The notes under the pieces were generated by a model. That model saw only the letters and a program-made list of their open reading frames with translations. It made no database searches and had not been told where the DNA came from. A DNA stretch of 64,000 nt. It comes from Candidatus Methanosuratincola verstraetei (GTDB lineage Archaea; Thermoproteota; Methanomethylicia; Methanomethylicales; Methanomethylicaceae). The stretch spans positions 832,001-896,000 of the forward strand of contig CP186953.1 of assembly GCA_049570475.1 (NCBI GenBank). The letters are read 5' to 3'. The translations under genes were made by a program, and so were the position numbers. Within the stretch, counting starts at the first letter, position 1; every line of letters begins with the position of its first letter. Positions 58,917 to 64,000 of the stretch are shown here, in pieces.

Positions 58917-59447
58917 TCAACCGAGATTCTCCTTTACAGTGGCGATTTCTGAATACAGGCTGCTCCTTGTGGCTTTTATACCCTCTTCAGCCTTCACTTG
59001 GCATCTTTCAGAAAGCAGCCTGACAACGTCTATCAGGATCGTGAGGTTGTCCTCTGATCTTATTATTCCGGATATGAATGAGTTGTTAGCGCTCATTGCG
59101 ATTGAAGGTGATTTAACTATCTCCTCAATCGGAACAGTAACGACCCCGACGACGCAGTCAACTATGAGACCAACAACATCGGATTCAAACTCGACCATTA
59201 TAATCCTAGAGTTGTCGTCGAACTCTTTGTGATCCATGCCGAAGATCTTCCGGAGGTCCACTATGGGAGTAATCTGCCCGCGCAGATTGATCACGCCTTC
59301 AATGTAGTCTGGTGCGTTTGGAACCTTGACATATTCCTTGACCTTTATTATCTCTTTTATCTGATGGACGTCTATGCCGTACATCTCTTTGCCCAGCTGG
59401 AAAGTGATGGCTTGGACTTCGCCTTTCTGATCTACCAATGCGTTCAC
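58917..59447 (-). CDS. cheW: Chemotaxis coupling protein
   Basis: VPNAPDYIEGVINLRG.I.PIVDL, GLIVD.V. Confidence 0.95.
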   Translation of the reverse strand: MNALVDQKGEVQAITFQLGKEMYGIDVHQIKEIIKVKEYVKVPNAPDYIEGVINLRGQITPIVDLRKIFGMDHKEFDDNSRIIMVEFESDVVGLIVDCVVGVVTVPIEEIVKSPSIAMSANNSFISGIIRSEDNLTILIDVVRLLSERCQVKAEEGIKATRSSLYSEIATVKENLG

Positions 59448-59776
59448 CCTATAGAAATTCGGGGCTCAGAATTTTTAAGCATAAAGTTTTAGGCGACTGA
59501 GTGTCGTATTGCCACTCGGCTGTTCATGCGTTAATCAGGTGCACTATCGCGCGTTCCGCATTTTTGCATACCTTCCTATTCCTTTCATATTTTCAATTCA
59601 GGAAACATTGTCGCCTGAATTTACGGCAAACGTAGCTGGGCATTATTGCAGCCTCAAAATGCCTTCCTTGGATAGGGAAACCGTGTTGCTGTTCTTATGT
59701 CCAAAAAATCTAAATCTGAAAAAGAAAGGTGCATTCCCCCGCCATTTGCTTGTTATGCGGCGGGGCGTTGCCCCAT

Positions 59777-60730
59777 TCACAATCCTTTCTTTAATTGCTC
59801 GTCCACCATCTGAGCATTAGCCTCAATCGAGGCGTTGGCCTCCTCTATGGCGCTGGTGATCTCTTCCGCAGCCGAAGCGTTCTCCTCAGCCGCAGCCGCG
59901 ACCTCGCTTATCGGTCCATGGAGCGATTTGATGATGTCCATTGCCGATTGGACTGCGCCTGCCCTGTTGGCTATCCCTTCGGACTGGCTTACCGTAAATT
60001 CTGCCAACATCTTAAGGGATTCTGTCCCTTTGCTGAGTGTTGAGTTGCCCTCCTCTATCTTCTTTGTCAAATCCACTGCCCCTTGCACGGTCTTTGTAGC
60101 CGCCTCTTGGACTTTCTTGACTATCTGCTGGGTTGCATCGACCGACTTCCTTGTCTCCTCAGCTAGCTTCCTGATCTCGCCAGCAACGACTGCAAAACCC
60201 TTCCCTGCCTCACCTGCCCTTGCCGCCTCGATCGCAGCGTTGAGCGCTAGAAGCGAGGTCTGATCGGCGATGTCCTTTATTGTATCTATTACGTCCCCTA
60301 TCTTTTTGCTGGCTTCGTCAAGATAGCTAAGGGATGGTCTTAGCGACTCGAGCACTGACTTTATCTCCATTAATGTATCGCTGCTCTTCTTTGCGTGCTC
60401 CGAGGTCTCCTCAGCAAGTACCTTCCCCTGCTTGGCGTTCTCGGTCGCCTCCTGCCTAGACTTGACCACTCCTTGAATTATAGAATCGGCCTTTTGGATC
60501 TGTCCTAGTATGTTGTTTATGGCGATTGATGTTGTCTGAGCGCCTTTTGCGATCTGCTGGACCGATTGGGCTATCTGCTGCATCGATTGACTGATTGAAT
60601 TCTCCTGATCCCGTATTTTTTTGAGTGTCTCTCGGTAATTTCCATCTTGGGCTGTGCTTGGTGATTCTTTAGCTTGAGTTCTAACTAACTGTTCTGTCTG
60701 ACCCTTGCTTCTACTAAGCCATGTCATCAC
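59777..60730 (-). CDS. Soluble methyl-accepting chemotaxis protein (signalling domain only)
   Basis: [37 protein letters not shown]; no TM or sensor domain. Confidence 0.95.
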   Translation of the reverse strand: MMTWLSRSKGQTEQLVRTQAKESPSTAQDGNYRETLKKIRDQENSISQSMQQIAQSVQQIAKGAQTTSIAINNILGQIQKADSIIQGVVKSRQEATENAKQGKVLAEETSEHAKKSSDTLMEIKSVLESLRPSLSYLDEASKKIGDVIDTIKDIADQTSLLALNAAIEAARAGEAGKGFAVVAGEIRKLAEETRKSVDATQQIVKKVQEAATKTVQGAVDLTKKIEEGNSTLSKGTESLKMLAEFTVSQSEGIANRAGAVQSAMDIIKSLHGPISEVAAAAEENASAAEEITSAIEEANASIEANAQMVDEQLKKGL

Positions 60731-60859
60731 AATCTCCGCTGTAACTCTTGTTGGTGTTTGTTTTTAAAAACTCGAGCAGTAGGCGACTGCTCGTAGATAT
60801 CTTAGGTAAGTGACTGGTTGTTTTTAAACTCACATCTTACTGGGGGGGCACCCTAATTC

Positions 60860-61102
60860 CTAAGACCGGTCCGTCAGCCTCGCTTCCAGTTCTCCGATCC
60901 CCCTCTCCAGCGATTCAATTCTTGCACCGATCTCCTCTATTCTCTTGGACAATCTTTCCAGTGTCTGCACATCCTCCTTGCTGAAAGACCTGCAGTTTCT
61001 CAGTTGCTTCCTTATCTCTCGCAGGCTCTCTGCCAACTTCTCGAACTCGCCGCTCCTTTTCTTGGGGATCTCTCCATCCGAAAAAAATCCGCTCTCAGAC
61101 AA
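60860..61102 (-). CDS. Small coiled-coil hypothetical protein coupled to cheA
   Basis: Start overlaps the cheA end by 8 bp; heptad-rich LERLSKRIEEIGARIESLERGIGELEARL. Confidence 0.65.
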   Translation of the reverse strand: MSESGFFSDGEIPKKRSGEFEKLAESLREIRKQLRNCRSFSKEDVQTLERLSKRIEEIGARIESLERGIGELEARLTDRS

Positions 61103-63329
61103 TCGACATCACATCCAGTACAAAGGCAGGTTTTCCATCTCCTAGTATCGTTGAACCGATTAATCCGCTTGTCCCTCTAAGCAACTTGGGAACTGGCTTT
61201 ATTGCAACTTCGTCCTCGTCCCTTATCTCCGATACCAATAACCCAAACCCCCTGCCCTCTGAGCGCTTAATTATTATTGCATAGTAGCTGTCGCAGACTC
61301 CTTCGTCAATCTTGAGCAGCCAGGCAAGCCGGTAGAGCCTGATTATGTCGCCCCGGAGGTTGATGTATGGCGCACCTTGTATGAACTTTATCTCTTCCTT
61401 GCTTATCTCGACAATCTCCGAGATGTCCGCAACAGGTATTGCGTATCGATGGCTTTCTTTACCGACACCTATGACGATCACCTTCATCGTTGTCATTGAT
61501 GCGGGTAGCCTTATCGTGAACTTCGTCCCTTGGCCTATTTTGGAAGCGATTGAGAAAGAGCCGCCGTAGGACTCGATCTTGTTCTTCACAGCGCTCATCC
61601 CCATCCCCCTTCCAGATACTTCTGAGACGCACTTCTTTGTGGAGAAGCCAGGCACGCAGGTTAGGTAAAGCACCTCCTCGTCATCCATCTCTGATGCCTT
61701 CTTCTCAGAGACAATGCCCTTTGCGACCGCAATCTCTCTTATCTTAACGGGATCCATTCCCCTCCCATCGTCCTCAATCTCAAGCACGAAATGGGAAGAG
61801 TCCCTCGAAGCCGATAGCCTTATAGTCCCGACCGTCTGCTTACCCGCCTTAATCCTCTCCTCTGGGGTCTCTATGCCATGGTCGAGGCAGTTCCTGATCA
61901 GGTGAACCATCGCGTCCACCACCTCCTCGACTACCTTCCTGTCAACTGCAGTCTCGCCCCCTTGGATGACGAGGTCCACCTCCTTCCCGAGCTCCTTCGA
62001 CATGTCCCTAACCATCCTCGGGAATATTCCGAATACCTGACCTACAGGCATTAGCCTGAGGCCCATCACTTCGGTCTGAAGCTCCGAGATTACGCCCTCT
62101 ATGAACCTCTGGATGTCCTTCATCTCAGGCGAATCAACATGCTTGGCCAGGTTGACTAGCCTTGACTTCGCAAGGACCAGCTCTCCGGCGAGGTTGAAGA
62201 GCCTGTCTAGGCTCTTTATGTTTACCCTTATCTCCTCGACCCGGTGCTTTCCTTTAAACGAGTCAACCCTTATTTTTGCAGAATTCTCTTCTTTATTCTC
62301 GGTTTCTACCAGGCTCACAAGCCTGTCAATCAGGGCGGACTTCTCCGCCATGTTTGGGTTGCTCGGCTTCGGCTCATCCATCTTCTGATGATCTACATTC
62401 CTGATTCCCTGTATCCCCTTCAGAGCCTCAACTAAAGCATTAACATCTCTGGTAACTATTTCTGCAATAATTTCATTCCCGAACTCGCCTGCGGCGAGCT
62501 TCTCATTAGGCGGATCTATTCTCTCTAGATCCCCTGCCTCGAAGAGGGCCTTCATTATAGCGAAAGCCCTGATCGGACGCAGTGGGGGCTCTATTTCGCT
62601 GGAGATCCTCACGAGGAACTTTCCGGAAGAGGATCCTTTCTGGTCAGGGGGCGTTTCGCATAACGCTGTCCCGTCAGGCGACATCATGGCATCCTTCAAT
62701 TGCCCCCCTGATTGGTTTCCATTCCCGCCTTCGATTTCGCTTACCTGGCATTTTTCCTTTTCAGGGGAATTTCCGCCTTTACCTCTCAAATCCCCGGCAT
62801 CCACTTCCGGATTGAAAGAATTTTCTTTCTGAAGGAACGGAAGAAGATCTTCTCCCTCTGCGAGAGCCTCGTAAGCCTTGCTCACCCCTTTTTCGACCGT
62901 CTCTAGCGCCTTTTCGAGCTCCCTGATCTTCTCGGGATCCCTGCGCTTCCCCCCCGCCTTTTTTGCTTCAAGATCGCCTGCCCTGTCTGGAGATGGCATA
63001 CCCATTTTCTCGATCTCTATGGTGTCCGCGATCTTGTCCAGATACCTGAATAAATCTTCTATTACTTTGCTTCCAACTTTCACCTCGCCCTTCCTCAGCC
63101 CCGATATGAGATCTTCAGCTTCGTGTGCCAGCCGGGCGACCTCTGTGAGCCCGACGGTTGCCGAGTCGCCCTTTATCGTATGCAACTCTCTGAACGCTTC
63201 TTCTATGGCCCCCTTGTCTTCAGGGTTCTTTTCGATATGTAGAAGAAGATCGTCAAGCTTCGATAAGTGTTCTTTGACCTCCCCTAGGAATAGCTCTAGG
63301 TACTGCTTATCGCTATCCAAACTCAACAC
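61095..63329 (-). CDS. cheA: Chemotaxis histidine kinase
   Basis: Hpt HTIKG, P2 region, LD.L.NL.GELV, HL.RN..DHG, SGRG.GM, C-terminal CheW domain. Confidence 0.96.
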   Translation of the reverse strand: MLSLDSDKQYLELFLGEVKEHLSKLDDLLLHIEKNPEDKGAIEEAFRELHTIKGDSATVGLTEVARLAHEAEDLISGLRKGEVKVGSKVIEDLFRYLDKIADTIEIEKMGMPSPDRAGDLEAKKAGGKRRDPEKIRELEKALETVEKGVSKAYEALAEGEDLLPFLQKENSFNPEVDAGDLRGKGGNSPEKEKCQVSEIEGGNGNQSGGQLKDAMMSPDGTALCETPPDQKGSSSGKFLVRISSEIEPPLRPIRAFAIMKALFEAGDLERIDPPNEKLAAGEFGNEIIAEIVTRDVNALVEALKGIQGIRNVDHQKMDEPKPSNPNMAEKSALIDRLVSLVETENKEENSAKIRVDSFKGKHRVEEIRVNIKSLDRLFNLAGELVLAKSRLVNLAKHVDSPEMKDIQRFIEGVISELQTEVMGLRLMPVGQVFGIFPRMVRDMSKELGKEVDLVIQGGETAVDRKVVEEVVDAMVHLIRNCLDHGIETPEERIKAGKQTVGTIRLSASRDSSHFVLEIEDDGRGMDPVKIREIAVAKGIVSEKKASEMDDEEVLYLTCVPGFSTKKCVSEVSGRGMGMSAVKNKIESYGGSFSIASKIGQGTKFTIRLPASMTTMKVIVIGVGKESHRYAIPVADISEIVEISKEEIKFIQGAPYINLRGDIIRLYRLAWLLKIDEGVCDSYYAIIIKRSEGRGFGLLVSEIRDEDEVAIKPVPKLLRGTSGLIGSTILGDGKPAFVLDVMSIV

Positions 63330-63399
63330 CCTTCAAATATTCTCTCCATCTTGCCTCCAAAATGCGGGGTGAGCTGGAAAAGCATTCTTCCGCCTCCTC

Positions 63400-64000
63400 T
63401 TAAACGGGCATGCTGTTCTGGCTTTGGGTTGTCAGCTCTATCACGCGTTTTGCGACCCTCAACAGTTGCGATGAGTACGGATGCTGGGGGTGGTGCAGGC
63501 AGAATACCCCCCTGGACCTGTGGGAGAGGACCTCCTCGTAGAAAGGCAGGACGCCTATAACGGGCGCCTCTATGATCTTCGATACCTCGGAGGGGAGGTC
63601 GGAGGATTCAGCGAGGTTGGGGGGGACCATGTTCAGCGTGACGTAACTCAGCTTCCCGAACTTTCTGAGTATCTGACTCGTAATGTAGGTCCCCGTCACG
63701 TCCTGTTTGTCCATCCTCATTAGAAGGAGGCTAACGTCGCTTGACATTATGGCCAGGAGTGTATCCTCATTGAGGCCTGGGTGCGTATCAAATATGACAT
63801 AATCTATGTTGTATTCCCGACTCAGCTTCTCTGAGATGTGGCGGAAGAACTTCTCGCTGTACCCTTCTCTTATCACCTTCACTATCTCTTCGGGCTTCAT
63901 GCTCGAGCCCAGGAAGTAAACTGCACCCCTCGGGAGCTTGAGATGGTTAGTCAGATCCATTACAATGTCGCTGAATTCGCACCTGTTGTAAATGTAATCG
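63400..64000 (-). CDS. MinD/ParA-family ATPase (5' end outside window)
   Basis: Frame is open to the window edge (DYIYNRCEFSDIVMD...); Walker B DYVIFDTHPG, LNMVP. Confidence 0.85.
   Translation of the reverse strand, partial: DYIYNRCEFSDIVMDLTNHLKLPRGAVYFLGSSMKPEEIVKVIREGYSEKFFRHISEKLSREYNIDYVIFDTHPGLNEDTLLAIMSSDVSLLLMRMDKQDVTGTYITSQILRKFGKLSYVTLNMVPPNLAESSDLPSEVSKIIEAPVIGVLPFYEEVLSHRSRGVFCLHHPQHPYSSQLLRVAKRVIELTTQSQNSMPV

Noticed and set aside
59509-59820. 103-aa plus-strand ORF between cheW and the MCP
   Set aside because: Antisense to the operon, covers the promoter/terminator region, no coding signature
439-63723. Numerous antisense or nested ORFs in the six-frame track (e.g. 439-993, 1738-2415, 48789-49421)
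   Set aside because: Shadows of well-supported genes on the opposite strand or frame, with no independent motifs
1-64000. CRISPR array, transposase/integrase, tRNA-derived att repeats, or Pyl/Sec read-through
   Set aside because: No regularly spaced repeats, recombinase motifs or duplicated tRNA 3' ends noticed by eye; TAG and TGA stops fall at the expected ends of full-length proteins

Overview
Archaeal chromosome segment. A Cren7-like chromatin protein, an apparently non-catalytic EndA subunit, archaeal DnaG/pelota/NMD3/aIF-2beta and an archaeal SRP RNA point to a TACK lineage, plausibly Methanomethylicia (Verstraetearchaeota) or Bathyarchaeia; this placement is inference, and no mcr gene is in the window. 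1-25 kb is dense housekeeping (pheT end, tyrS, dnaG, pelota, ncsA, SRP RNA, three tRNAs including an intron-containing tRNA-Lys, hisS, metG, mtaB). 25-33 kb is a nine-gene Mrp/MBS-like antiporter operon with three NuoL/M/N-type subunits and no redox module. 33-47 kb holds gcvPA/PB, a Ribophorin-I-like membrane protein close to a sugar epimerase and a dolichol-kinase-like gene, tRNA-Gln, a ferritin, a Zn-ribbon Cren7, a secreted papain-family protease and an orphan PAS/GAF histidine kinase. 47-64 kb is an archaellum operon converging on a chemotaxis cluster (cheR,D,C,Y,W, soluble MCP, cheA, minD), with no CheF or CheB in view and two uncharacterised coiled-coil proteins. Best leads: two structured RNA candidates between pheT and tyrS, the stand-alone three-pump Mrp complex, the Ribophorin-I/N-glycosylation neighbourhood, and the motility/chemotaxis coupling. 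All protein calls come from motif recognition by eye; no database search or folding program was run.
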